Assembly: GCF_009914755.1 (NCBI RefSeq)
Contig: NC_060936.1
Length of the DNA: 64,000 bases
Source: the human T2T-CHM13v2.0 reference genome, Homo sapiens
Strand: one strand, 5' to 3'
Numbering within the stretch: the stretch's first letter is position 1; each line of letters opens with the position of its first letter. Below, one piece after another: positions 43,601 to 58,452 of this stretch. The translations under genes and the position numbers were made by a program. The notes under the pieces were generated by a model that was not told the origin of the DNA, did not search any database, and saw only the letters and a list, made by a program, of their open reading frames with translations.

Positions 43601-43810
43601 AAGGCTGCAGCATAAAGGGTATATCATTCAAGGCTATAACATGGAGTGTGCATCATTGAAGGCTACAACATGAAGGGTGCGTCACTCAAGGCTACACCAT
43701 AAAGGGTGAATCATTCAAGGTTACAATAAGAAGGGTGAATCGTTAAAGGCTATAGCATGAAGGGTGCATTATTCATGGTTACAACAGAGAGAAGGATGCA
43801 TCATTCAAGG
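43601..43810. repeat. Diverged 29-bp minisatellite, 7 copies
   Basis: Units start at 43601, 43630, 43659, 43688, 43717, 43746 and 43775 (the last is 32 bp). Consensus AAGGCTACAACATGAAGGGTGCATCATTC. Confidence 0.93.
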
Positions 43811-45029
43811 TCCAGCTCTGAACAACAACAAAAAAAGTCCATTTATGGACATGCACCTTGAATTCCTGAATGTCTTCCAATAGAAACCACCTATTCAACT
43901 GTAGTCATGAGAGGAGGATCTCTTGGGAGATGAAAAAGAGAAGAAAAAGAGAGGTTTCTTCCCTCTTATTAAAAATACTGGAAAATTCAGATTTTATGGT
44001 CCTGCAAGAATGTGGAAAGATGGAAAAGAGTAACTTTCCCTAATGTTAATATTACCTCGGGATATGTCAAATGTAAATGAAAATTATTGCTTCTGTTTCA
44101 GAAGAAGAAAAATAGTTTGATTAAGCCTCCTTTATGCCAACCTGTCAGAGGTGTGTCCCAGCATACGTCTTGGATTTTGAACTTAGTCCCTGTCTTGAAT
44201 AGTGCCTCCCCACCAAATCTTGCTCTTGAACTATTATGCATCTATGGAAACCCACCTCAACTGTTATCTCCTCAAGTTTTTCATGTTCCACTGCACTCAT
44301 TCTGCTACTATTAGCAGAATTGATTACCTCTCATGTGAGCCACTACTATAACTTGCACATATTTCTATGACAAAATTTAGTCCACCATATTTCAATTATT
44401 TGCTATACTTAATAAATTATTTAAATTTACACTGTATTTCAATTATTTTTTCCCATATGAAACTATGATTTATAGGGGTTTTAACCATCAAATATCTAAC
44501 TTCATAGAAGACAGAAACTATTTTCACATATTTGCTTATTAATTGTTGATAGCACAAATGTACAATTTGATAAATGTTTACTGTAAGTAAATCATCCCCA
44601 GGCTTATTAAATTGTCTGCATTGATAGTTGTTTATAAATTCTACAGAAAACATTTCTAACATGGGTGGTTTAACTAAAGAAAATACTTACGTCTAATACA
44701 TCTAGTAATTGTAGAAATGTTCAGCCTGATTACATGAAGTCACATGATAGTTTTAATATTTATTTAGCAGAGGGGTAAATTGAAACATCAGTTCTCTAGA
44801 CCAGTCAGGAAATGTATGCTTTGTGCTTTATAAGCTTACATTCAACATAGATGACATAAGTTACCATACTCAAATGTAAGATAGGGAGAGGTAGAAGAAA
44901 TAGCTGAGAACTTGAAAAGATGTACTGTTATTGTCAACAAACCAATGTCTTCTCCCTTCATAAAATTGTGTTTAGGGAATATTAACAATTAAGCTTGTAT
45001 ACAATAGTAATTTTGAATGTATTTTTAAA

Positions 45030-45539
45030 TTTATTTTTTCAAAATAATGACATTAGTAAAAATTTTACATAGCCTGTATTGAATTCACACATTCAAATGA
45101 GGCTTTACCAGTAATGATGGGGATTAATACAGAGCTAGTGTTTGGCATTTGACTTTATCTCAAATGAGCTAACTGCTCAATGAATTACAGAAGACTCATA
45201 CTCTTTTTATTTTTTCCTGGAAATTAAAAAAGAAAAGCTTTACTAAATATTGACATATATATTTACTCCAAATTTTACATTTAGTGAAATAAGAATATCT
45301 CTAGTAGCTCAGTTAACATCAACAGAAAGCTTCAAAAGATGATTCTGAAAATGGCAGGCAAAATTTCTTTTTATTGTAGGCAATTACTTAAACTGGAAAT
45401 TTGGCTTTATGCATAATAAGTCATGTGGGTAAAACATCCACATTGCAGTTAGGTTTCCAGTATCTAGCTTTTATTTATTTTTTAGCAATGACATTAACAA
45501 GATTTTGCCAGGTTATAAAAATGAGGGCTTTCTTGAGAA
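45030..45539 (-). other. DCN: DCN proximal 3' UTR with clustered poly(A) signals
   Basis: Minus-strand AATAAA at 45474-45479, 45470-45475, 45370-45375, 45206-45211 and 45030-45035. Confidence 0.75.
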
Positions 45540-45734
45540 TTACTTATAGTTTCCGAGTTGAATGGCAGAGCGCACGTAGACACATCTGAAGGTGGATGGC
45601 TGTATCTCCCAGTACTGGACCGGGTTGCTGAAAAGACTCACACCCGAATAAGAAGCCTTTTTGGTGTTGTGTCCAGGTGGGCAGAAGTCACTTGATCCAA
45701 CTACAGAGATATTGTTGTTATGAAGGTAGACAAC
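45540..45734 (-). CDS. DCN: Decorin exon 8 coding part ([64 protein letters not shown])
   Basis: Hand translation. Acceptor AG 45736-45735, TAA at 45542-45540. Both C-terminal cysteines are present and the frame is intact. Confidence 0.98.
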   Translation of the reverse strand, partial: VVYLHNNNISVVGSSDFCPPGHNTKKASYSGVSLFSNPVQYWEIQPSTFRCVYVRSAIQLGNYK

Positions 45735-45825
45735 CTACAACATGAAACGATAGAAAATAATTATTATTCTCTAAATATGTTGAGGCCCTTCAGGTAAACA
45801 TTTTATTTTTTTTATTATTTTTTAA

Positions 45826-46134
<309 letters not shown>

Positions 46135-46199
46135 CCACTTTGAATAACTGACTACTTCTCAGATTAAACTTTTGATTTCTCCCTTCCTTTTGAAAATTT

Positions 46200-47050
46200 G
46201 CTTTTCCCTTCTTTAGTCTTGTCTTCCCCATCTCAGTAAATTGCATGCCAATCATTTCAGATGCTCAGGCTATATACATTGTCATTATCCTTGAGCTCCA
46301 ATTCTCTTATGCTCTCTACATAATCAACAACAAATCTTGCTAGCTCAGCCTTCAAAATGTACACTTAATCTAGTTCTCTCCACCTCTACTCCGACAACCT
46401 TGTCCAAGTCACCATTGTTTCCTTCCAAATGATTGAAGTTGCCCTGATTATTATTCCTGCTTCCCCTTTTGCCTTCCTAAATTTTATTCTTTTTTTAAGC
46501 TCTCAGAGCAATTGCTTTAGAAAGTAAACCAAATTATATGTTCTTTGCCTCAGAACTCCAGTGGTTTCCAATCTCATGCAGAATAATAAAATCTAAAGTT
46601 CTCAAAGGGGCCTACAAATCCTACATGATCTGACATCCTTCTACTCTGACCTCCTTTTCTCTTACTGTAAAAGCCAGTCATCTGGTCTACTTGCTGCTCT
46701 TCTAATGCACAAAGCATGATCTCTTCTTAAGTTATCAACACCGTTTACTCAACCTGGAATAATCTCTAAGGTGTCTTCAAGGCTTGTTGCCTCATGTAAG
46801 TCGTTTTTTCTTACCAGAGAGACCTTCCCTGACCATCCCATTCTGCCATTCTCTGGGGCAGAATTACGTTACATGTTTTTCTTCATAGCATTATCAATAT
46901 GTAGCATATTATGCTTATTTGATATTGTTTGTTTCTCTCCTCTAGAGTAAAAGCTCCATGAGACAAGAATGGTTCTGCTTGTTTATGGCTGTATCTCCAG
47001 TACTAGAACAGACCAGGTGTTCAATAAATATGTGTTGAATGAATAAATGT
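46200..47050. mobile_element. L2 fragment
   Basis: cccatctcagtaaat...aagctccatgag...tcaataaatatgtgttgaatgaat. Confidence 0.8.
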
Positions 47051-47471
47051 TATTTCATATATCAGGTCTACATGACTATATTGGGTCTACATGAAATATT
47101 ATGTTTTCAGGACAAAAAATATATACACCTTTTAACAAAATGATATAGAATGAGAAAGTGCTGTGTAGTGAAAAAGAAAAAGAGAGCATAAAGTACTGGA
47201 ATTGAAATAAAGAATCACAAACTCCAAGAAATTCTTAAATATTTAAACATCACAGCATTTAGAATAGACCTAGGAAGTTTTAACAAATACATATTTTACG
47301 TAATACGTTTTACTTGAATACAGTGCAATATAATTAATCAGAGTTTTTTTTCTGAATTATGTTTTACAATCATGTTTAAGATAATGGTAATTTGGCCATA
47401 GATTTTCTTAGGGTCCCTAAAAACCGGAATTATACAAAGAATGTTAGAAATGAGTTTACAGTTCACTTTGA

Positions 47472-47853
<382 letters not shown>

Positions 47854-47915
47854 ACCAACAAGATCTTAAGTGAGCTATAAAACCTATGAAGTACTCCCTT
47901 AAAACATAACTTGAA

Positions 47916-48244
<329 letters not shown>

Positions 48245-48559
48245 CTACCCACTAGGACATTCACATTCATGTGCTGGTGAAAACGGCTTTGTTTTTGTAA
48301 GGGCTGAAAAGCGAATTAGTAGATGTCATATAAAAACAGAAACAAGGAATATTAAAGTGAAAGCAACACTTATATGTATGGTTTATGGTTCTCATATTTT
48401 GGAAGTTTCTTGTTGTCATTTACCATCCTCTATATTCCAGTAGTGATTAGCAAGTAAAGGAAGGGGTGTTTGGTGAGCAATTTATGGTTAATATTGAAAG
48501 TGAGAGAACAAAATATCAAGACGTAAGTATTAGTCTGTGTAGAACAAAATAAAAGTAGA

Positions 48560-49990
48560 TTCCAAACTCATTCTATGGGGTCAATATTTTCTAAGACCAA
48601 AGCCAGACAAAATTCATCATAAGAAAAAAAAATGTAATCAAATACCTCTTATGAATATGGACAAAAAATCTTTCACAAAATGTTAGGAAGCTACATTTCA
48701 CAACATATAAAATGATTTCATGCTATAGGACCAAACATGATTTATCTCAGGGTTGTAAAATTGGTTTAACTTATGAAAATCAATCAAAGTAATATCAATG
48801 TAATACACTATATCAAAAATATAAAGGCCAAAACTCGCATGATTATCTCAATAGAAGCAGGAAAAACATGTAAGAAAAAAATTCATAATAAATGTTTTCA
48901 GTAAATCAGAAATAGAAGGGAACTTCCTCAACTTGATAAAGAGCATCTATAGAAGACCTGTGGCTAACATCGTAACTAATGGTAAAATGAATGCTCCCTC
49001 CTCCTAAACTAGCAAATAAGGCAAAGATGTCTAATTTCATCACCTTTGTTCAACATTGCACTGGCGATTCCAGCCAATGCAAAGGGTGGGTTGTGGGGGA
49101 GGGGGAGACCTAAAAGAATCCAAATAAAATAACTAAAGCTGTCTATTTTTAAATAATATATCCTGAATATAGAATATCCAAAGGAACTCACAAAAATTAC
49201 TGCAACTAAAAACAAATTTGGCATAGTACCAGGATAGCTCAATATATAAACATCAATTGTATGTTTATACATTAGCAGCAAACAAATAAAAAAATTAACA
49301 ATTCAAAACAGCATCAAAAAGAATGAAAAACAATGAATGTAGTAAAAGAATTGCAAGGCATGTATGCTAAAAATGACAAAAACTGTTGAGAAAAAGAAAA
49401 GAAGATATAAATAACCCTTGTTTGTGACTTGGAAGGCTCAATATTATTAAGATAGTAATTCTTCCCAATGATCTGTAGATTCAAAACAATACCTTTCAAA
49501 GCCTTACAAGAATATTTTTCCAGAAATGAAAAAGTAGATCCTAAAATTGATATGGAATGCAAAGGAACCAGAATAGCCAAAATAACTTTGAAAAAAAAGA
49601 ACAAAGTTGGAGAACCTACATTTTCTAATTTCAAAACGTAATCAAAAGCTACAGTAATTGAAGGGTATAATACTGTCATATGACTAGACATATAGATAAA
49701 TGTAATAGAATTGAAAGTCCAGAAATAAACCCTTACATTTATGATCGAGTGATTTTCAACAGTGACAAGACAATTCATTGGAGAAAGAATATTATTTCCA
49801 ACAAATGACATTGGGACAATTGCTATCACATACAGAAAATGAATTAGACTCATATCATATACTAGGATTATCTCAAAATTAGATTATAAAACCAAATACA
49901 GGAGTTAAAATTATAAAATTTCTAGATGTTAAAGTATTCCTGGAATCTACACAAAACTATGGTCTATGAAACAAACAAAAATGATAAAAT
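48560..49990 (+). mobile_element. Degraded L1M ORF2 fragment
   Basis: ORF2 motifs such as atgattatctcaatagaagcag and agaatagccaaaataactttgaaaaa...aacaaagttggagaa. Confidence 0.8.
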
Positions 49991-50019
49991 AGATTAATGA
50001 TTCCCTGTGGCTGGAGATG

Positions 50020-50705
50020 AGATATTATCTCATGCCAGTCAGTATGGTGATTATTAAAAAGTCAGGAAACAGTAGATGCTGATGAGGCTGTGGAGAAATA
50101 GGAGTGCTTTTACATTGTTGGTGAGAGCATAAATTAGTTCAACCATTGTGAAAGACAGTGTAGCAATTCCTCAAGGATGTAGAACCAGAAATACCATTTG
50201 ACCCAGCAATCCCATTACTGGGTATATACCCAAAGAAATATAAATCATTCTACTATAAAGACATATGCACACATAATGTTTATTGCAGCACTATTTTACA
50301 ATAGCAAAAACATGGAACCAATCCAAATGCACATCAATGATAGACTGGATAAAGGAAATGTGGTACATATACACCGTGGAATACTATGCAGCCATAAAAA
50401 GGAATGGGATCATGTCCTTTACAAGGACATGGATGAAACTAGAAGCCATCATCCTCAGCAAACTAACACAGGAACAGAAAACCAAATACTGCATGTTCTC
50501 ACGCATAAATGGAAGTTGAATGCTGAGAACACACGGACACAGAGAGGGTAACAAAACACACAACAGGGGGTAGGGGGTGAGCGGGCGAACTTAGAGGATG
50601 GGTCAGTAGGGCCAGCAAACCACCATGGCACACGTATACCTATATAACAAACCTGCACATTCTGCAAACGTATCTCATTTTTTTTTTAGAGGAAATAAAG
50701 AAAAA
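50020..50705 (+). mobile_element. L1PA 3' end (ORF2 C-terminus plus 3' UTR)
   Basis: ORF 50283..50519 WIKEMWYIYTVEYYAAIKRN...WMKLEAIILSKLTQEQKTKYCMFS is the L1 ORF2p C-terminus. Confidence 0.93.
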
Positions 50706-51134
50706 TGATGAGGCCATGTCAAAAAGAATCAGGAGCTAGACCAAAGAAGCTCTTTCCAGTCAATTCTTGAATAATTTGAAAATTAAAATTAGTGACAGTA
50801 AAAAAAAAGAATTTTTATTTTACTTGTGGCTTCAAACTCCCCCTACTCACTATGGCACCAACATCACCACCCCTACTGAAAAAAATATCAGCATTACAGA
50901 AGACTTTAAGTTTCATCTCCATACTTCTAAATCAAAAACTTTATTGAAATCTAGCTAATGTAAATTGTGCTTCATGATTTAATTTTTTTTATGGTATTTT
51001 GTCATAGAAATTCTAACTAAGACACTCTGGAAAAAAAACTTCTAAGAAGAGCTTCCTGCTTCCCAGCATCCCATAAGCAGGGTGGGGGTCTTGCTTTTTG
51101 GATATTCCTCACATAAGCAGTGGCTTTGCATTAC

Positions 51135-51273
51135 CTGGATGTACTTATGCTCTGCCAGCCCACCAGGTACTCTGGTAAGCTTGTTGTTGTCCAAGTGAAG
51201 CTCCCTCAGATGAGGCGTGTTGGCCAGAGAGCCATTGTCAACAGCAGAGATGCTGTTGAAACTCAATCCCAAC
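51135..51273 (-). CDS. DCN: Decorin exon 7 (139 nt; [46 protein letters not shown])
   Basis: ORF track 51042..51308. Acceptor AG 51275-51274, donor CAG|GTAATG. Phase 2-0. Confidence 0.98.
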
Positions 51274-52576
51274 CTGCAACAGAAAGCAGAAATGAAAGCA
51301 AACACCACACATGGATGCCTTTCTTACAAGCATTGTGTAGTTAATCAAGTCTATAGGAAAGGACATTTTTTGTTTTTGCACTTACTCTTCCCAGTTCTTG
51401 GAGTGCTTTCTCCAACCTCTCTGAGCCTGGACAAAGTCCATTTATTGTTAAGGTCTCGGCTCAAAGTTACTGTCTTTGAGATTCATCTGACAGAACGTGA
51501 TTGGACATAGTCTCCTATTCCTTATAATATCCTAAGTTCCAACATCAAATTATGGTCAACCATAATATTGGAACATAATATTCCTAATAGTTTATTTTTA
51601 AAAACTGTTCACTTATTCAAACATTTATTTGTATATTTAATAAACAAATATTCTTGAAAACTTATGTGCATGATATTATGCTAGGCATTGTGAGGGACAG
51701 AGGTCTCATGGATCAAAAACCACTTTTCCCATCAAAGAATATTTTACCTAGTAAAGGAGTTGATTATACACACACACATGCATATATATATATATACACA
51801 TTCAAAGATATATTTTATATTTATTTATCCACCATGAAATTTATATATAACAACAGGAATGAGTAAATCTGGCATGATAGTGTGCTTCTCTGTAGGGACA
51901 GTCAGCAATATGTACAGATCAAAAAGAACATAGTGTTCCTTGAAGACAAGTGAAAACGTTTGCCAGATTGAAGTTATGTTTGAAACCAGGACAAGTACTA
52001 GTATCACTTATTTTAAAAAAAATCATTAAGAAGGGCCAGCAAAAACAACAACAACAAAAGCTTTTCTTTTGTTGATCTACATTAAATGCCCAGAGATATT
52101 TTATTTTAAACTTTTCAGAGAAGAGGGGGTTAGAGAATCTCATAATTATTAAAATAGTAATTTGTGTGATGCTCAATATTTCTCTGTCTTGGTAGATTTC
52201 ATTTTAATGGATTTTCAAATTCTAGCAACTGTGTTATAATTTACTTAACTTTCTGTTTGATGCAAATAAGTTAGAACATATTAAATGCACATATTGATTT
52301 AATCACACACTTTGTGTATAAAATATAACTAATCTATAAACAGTATAGTATTAATAAAATATGAAGCTGATCTTGGTGGTTTTAGTAAGGGCACTATTTC
52401 ATTGGCTTCTTCTCAAGAAATAATTGGATATGCTGAAGTTTGAGATTATAGAAACAACAACAGCAGTGAAATGTAGTACACTCAAAAATCAATCATCATG
52501 TTTATAATTCTTATCATATAAGCACTAATATACCTAGCCATTGTTCTGATAGAATGTCATGAAAGAATATTATTAC

Positions 52577-52670
52577 TTAGCCAAATTATTCAGTCCTTTC
52601 AGGCTAGCTGCATCAACTCTGCTGATTTTGTTGCCATCAAGATGTAATTCCGTAAGGGAAGGAGGAAGAC
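52577..52670 (-). CDS. DCN: Decorin exon 6 (94 nt; [32 protein letters not shown])
   Basis: Hand translation. Acceptor AG 52672-52671, donor TAA|GTAATA. Phase 1-2. Confidence 0.97.
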
Positions 52671-54239
52671 CTGGAATGTGGAATTAAAGATGTTAAATTA
52701 GCAGATAAACATTATAAGTACAGAATGTGGACAAACTTAAAGAAGACATATGCCATCAATTTTCTAAAAGACACACAGTTTCAAAGAATCAGCTTTACTT
52801 TTATCTTTTTTTTTCATCCCTTTTATAATAATGTGTGCTTTTGGAAGTAGTGGAAGCCCTTGCTATTTTTCTCTTAGGTTGACTTTAACAAAAACCTGGA
52901 TGATTTCTATCATGTAGTCAATTTTTGTTCTTGGAATAGAAGAACTGAAGTCAACGCTGAGTCTCATTATTCTCTTCCACCTTTGTTAATGGGCTAAAAC
53001 TGACGTTGATAAAAGATAGTAATTATAAAGTGGGAAAGTCACTATTCGAACCATAATGAAGAGATTACGTATAAATTAAACCCATGTACAAACTTAATTG
53101 TCTATTTCATTAATGAGCATCATTAAAAATTAACACTGATATACTGTGCTGGTCTTAGCCTTAATTGACTTTTCCATAAAAGCATCAAATACCTCTGCAA
53201 AATGTCTGTGTAGAAACAGCTAACATTTACTTATGCCTATTAAATCCAGAATGTTTATGCAGAAGGAGTGGAGAGGTCTATAATCAAGTGATCTGCCATA
53301 TGTGGAGCACCTGGGGTAATAATTTTACATCCAAAGTACCCACTAAACCTCTAGATAGTACTTGCATGGCTGTGATTTCCAAAGATCGAGTATTATAAAT
53401 ATAAAAGTTTAAATATTTTATTTTCATTTCCTCCTAGCATCTGAGGCTGTATTATATTTTATACAGCTTTTAAAATAACATATTGTTCCACTTAATAGCA
53501 ATAGATACAGAGAAAATAGCAAATTGGTTAAGTGTAGAAAGAACATCTGATTGGCAGAAAGTCTTGGCTATTTGTCTATAAAGACACAGAATTGAAAAAC
53601 CACAGGTTTCATTTTGTCTAAAATTTTTATCACATCACACTGAATTCTGTCAATATTGTCCATTTAATAAAATAGTTTAGTCCATATTTGACTTGAAAAT
53701 GATTCTTAGTTTCCTATGGTAGCATATTTTGTGTTAGAGCTGCTAGGAAAAGGAACATCTATTTATTGTATGTCTGTTACGCACCGAACATTGACCTTGG
53801 CACTTTTCCTACTTCAAATCCTTTAAGCCTCTCAAAACATAAATTATTGGTCACTAATCCCTTTTCACAGTTAAATAAATAAGACTCAAAGTTACAAAGT
53901 AATTACAAAGTAATGCAAAATGTATATTTTTTAATGCAGTGCCTCCAGTACACCAATTGCTATCACAACCATCGGCCTTACTTAGTTTCAAAGTGTCTCC
54001 CTTTTTGGGATGTCAGTTTCCCAAATGTAAAGTTATAGCTAAGAAGAAGTTTGACTATGGGAGAAAACCTTGCAATAGGTTTGAGATAGACAAATTTGTA
54101 AAGTGCATCATTAGCTTCTGCAACTGTGGCATTGAGTTAAAGAACCCATACTCCAGTTATTTTATTTATTTGTTTGTTCATTTATTTTAAATTTTCTTTT
54201 TTCTTTTCCTTTTTTAAGATAAAATATATTGAGGTTTAC

Positions 54240-54860
54240 ATTGGGCCAAGTACTTGCGTGTACAATACAAGCCTTACTTCTATAGAGTAATCCTCACAAT
54301 AATCCTAGTAGACAGGGTTATTAATAGCTCCATGTAACATCTAACAAACCTGAGGTTATAGAAATGCAGAATAATTATCCTAAAGTCACAGTACAACTAA
54401 ATGACTGAGTTAGGTCTCTCACCCAGGTTGATCTAAGTGTATGATTTTTATAGTCTCTACACTACTTTCTACTGCCTTTCCATTTCCATGAGTGATGGGA
54501 GAAAATATCACCAGGAGGTTGCTGATATTCAGGCATAGGTATCCCAGCCTAAGCAAGGTGGAATCATGTATTAGATAAGCATAACGATGAATAGAAAGGA
54601 GGACTTAATATGCCAACAGAGTGAAATAGTTAAACACACGAGTTCTGACATCAGCACCACACAATTCCATCTCTGCCGCTTCCTAGCTCTAAGAACTTAA
54701 TTACAATTTTCTTTACCTGTTTAAGCCTCATTTTCCACTTTTATGAAACAGGAATTATAACCCTACTATATAGGGACGTTGTAAGAATCATATAGAAGAC
54801 TCCATGACAAGCATTTGGCATGATACCCGGAACTAAATACATGCTTAATAAATTGTAGTT
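54240..54860. mobile_element. Two MIR fragments in opposite orientation
   Basis: taatcctcacaataatcct...cctaaagtcaca and gcctcattttcc...atgcttaataaat. Confidence 0.55.
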
Positions 54861-55096
54861 ACTTAACTTTTCTATTAAGCGGTAGTAAATAAAAGCAAGC
54901 TATAAATGATGAGGAAAGAATACCTGGGATAGATAGAAGACATAGCAAAGTAAAGGAAAAGAGATCATGAAATGATAAAAGGTATCAGTGAAGGATATTT
55001 TGGAGCATGCATTAAGAGGGACAGCAAAGTCTGAGATTGTGCTAAATGTAAGTCATCTGGCTGCATGAAATAAATTTCAGCAAGAATTTTAATAAG

Positions 55097-55132
<36 letters not shown>
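55097..55132. repeat. (ATCT)9 perfect microsatellite, DCN intron 5
   Basis: Directly visible. Confidence 0.95.
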
Positions 55133-55134
<2 letters not shown>

Positions 55135-56356
55135 ATCAATCCCCAATTTATATCTATCTGAGATATAAATATTTCATTCCTGCACTGGGGATAGCAAAAG
55201 ATTACTTGTTACATGCAAAAAATTGGAGACTCAACATGAAAGTGCTTTATGAATTATAAATCAGTCTTTATCATCTATGTATCTATCTATGCCAGTAGTT
55301 GCTACTAAGGAAGTCAAAAGCATGCTCTGTATTCAAAAGACTAGGAGGAGGGCAAGGGGTGGTAAGAAAGCATCCTATGGAATATGTACTCTCAGGAGTT
55401 GAAATTTCTGTAAAAGAACAATAAAGGACAACTGGTGTTTTCTGTGGCCAAATGTCTACATTTTGTACGCACTCAAGAACAAGGCATCTAAGTTGAGAAA
55501 GGGACAGACTGAGGGGAAAACTAGATAATATAGAGGGCTTCTGTGAGACTGAAAAACCCAGAGTAGGGACGATGTGCAAGTTAGAGGAATTTATTATTGG
55601 TGGTTTGATGCCTTTTGTAATTCACAAAGACTGGCTTTTGTGCCTCTCCTGGGAATCCCTTGGAACAATGAACTTACCCTTGTGGCTATGTGGTCATTGC
55701 TGTGTATTTGTCTGGCTTGGTTTTAGAGAGTAAGCTCCTAAAGGCATGTAGCATATCCTGTTCCCTGCCCTGTCTTAAGTGTTTGGTACATCGCCTACAC
55801 ATACTGATTGTTCAGAACATTTTTAATGCATAATAGAGAGTTATATTAATTCCCTACTTATCTATATGCTAAATATTTCTCTAATTATTTATTTAACTTT
55901 AAAACAACTCAATGAAGTGGATAGCAGTATTATTTCCACTTGACAGATAAAGAGATAGAGGACAAATGAATAACTTTTTCAAAGTCTTTGAACCACTTTA
56001 TGGTAATTTGGGCTCAAGCAAACTGACTCCAAAATCTACACTCTTCACAACACACAACTACCACTATCATTCAGATATTAATAACTGGAGTGTCTTAAAA
56101 AGGAAAAAAAATTCCCTAAGCTATTGCAGACTCAAGGTAAAAATTGGATCAATTTCAGAGGTACTCCCATATATCTTTTTTTTTTTTTTTACAAACACCA
56201 AGGCATGCTATTTTTTAAATAAATGTACTTTTTCTTTGTGATTTTACAATATTATAAAATCACTGTGCATTAAGTTGTGTCTTAAACTAGACATTAACAG
56301 GAGTCTACCCATCTCTACAGTGAGCCTGGATGGCCCCGTGGTCATCCAGACTGAAT

Positions 56357-56448
56357 CACTGGATATAACACTAGCAGTAATAGAGAATTTGCTGGAAATA
56401 TAAACACTGGATGAAACACTAGCAGTAATAGAGAATTTGCTGGAAATA
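56357..56448. repeat. 48-bp-period tandem duplication (42/44 identical)
   Basis: 56357-56400 versus 56405-56448. Confidence 0.95.
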
Positions 56449-56554
56449 AGGTTGGCCTCTTAGGTGACAATTCCAGTTTCCACAAGATTTTTTTTTTTTA
56501 ATTAAAGCCTTTGAATTTAAATTTTTCAAAATGTTTTGGAGAATCTTCTATCAC

Positions 56555-56668
56555 CTTGAGGAATGCTGGTGATATTGGTATCAGCAATGCGGATGTAGGA
56601 GAGCTTCTTCATTCCCTGGAAAGCCCCATTTTCAATTCCTGAGCTCTTCAGCGGATTGGTGCCCAGTT
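56555..56668 (-). CDS. DCN: Decorin exon 5 (114 nt; [38 protein letters not shown], includes the [11 protein letters not shown] collagen-binding motif)
   Basis: Hand translation. Acceptor AG 56670-56669, donor AAG|GTGATA. Phase 1-1. Confidence 0.97.
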
Positions 56669-57082
56669 CTACAAATGTAATAAGTGCAAGGCTTTTAGAG
56701 GAAATTTTAGGATATTACTAGTCACTGTAGTATCTGTTTCAGCAAGCAACCTATAAAGAAATAGGGATTAATATCAACTTGACTAAAAAACAAAAGTGAA
56801 GTTAAAGAGCATGCTCCTCAGGAGAATAGCAAAATAGGATAAAAATTTCCCTTATTAAAACAAAAGCCAAACAGACAATGACTTATGAATAATAATGACT
56901 TATGAAAAAGACTATTAGTGAAAGCAATACCAATAAAATTATTTAAGATGCATACACAGGTTTGCCCAGAAATCAACTAAAGCAAGTTTACAATTCCCAT
57001 CTTACGTTATTTATTATTTTCCTAAGGTATTTTAAAATTTTGTTAAAGAATTTCAATCTAGCATTTTATAAGCCAATAATAA

Positions 57083-57407
<325 letters not shown>

Positions 57408-57775
57408 ATAACATATTTTTAAAGCAAATGATTTATGAGTGTTTAGAATACAACAGGTCCCCAAAACGGAAAGGTATCTCAAAATATCTGTAGTTAAGCA
57501 CTATTTAAACTCATCTTTGCATATTGTGTGTGTGGTAGGGTAACTTCAGCCCTAGGGTTTTCTCCATATTCTCAGATACTCAAGGACATACATAAAAACA
57601 TCACTGTAAGGTCCAGATTCAAAATCCCAATTTCTCTTGGCCCTGTTCTTATAAATCACATAGGCTCCAGGCATGTAGCTTGTAGCTAATTTACCTTCCT
57701 GCACTTAAAACCCAGTTGAAATCTCTTAAGATAAAAACTTGAGTTTTGGTCTTAAAGTTATAAAAATGTCTGTAC

Positions 57776-57989
57776 CTATGACAATCATCTGGTTCAGTCC
57801 ATTGAAAGTAACTTTTCGCACTTTGGTGATCTCATTCTCATGGGCACGCAGCTCCTGAAGAGTTTTGGGCATTTTTTCTGGCAATTCCTTCAGCTGATTC
57901 TTGGACAGATAAAGTCGTTCCAACTTCACCAAAGGTGTAAATGCTCCAGGACTAACTTTGCTAATTTTATTGTTGACAAGAATCAATGC
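57776..57989 (-). CDS. DCN: Decorin exon 4 (214 nt; [71 protein letters not shown])
   Basis: Decorin LRR sequence in the ORF track. Acceptor AG 57991-57990, donor TAG|GTACAG at 57776/57775. Confidence 0.98.
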
Positions 57990-58125
57990 CTGTAGATAGT
58001 GAAGAAAAACATCTCTTTAAATCCAAAACCTTCCACATACATGTAAAACAAGGGCATGTTTGTTCATTCCATTCATAGGGATAGCAGAGAAATCTAAAAA
58101 ATTGCAAGAAATCAGAAAAAAATTA

Positions 58126-58452
<327 letters not shown>

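Noticed and set aside
43601-43810. Periodic ~29-bp array superficially like a CRISPR array
   Set aside because: The units are contiguous diverged repeats without unique spacers, there are no cas genes, and the context is human.
49314-50667. 179-aa and neighbouring ORFs
   Set aside because: They lie within degraded L1 sequence (antisense frames or ORF2 remnants).
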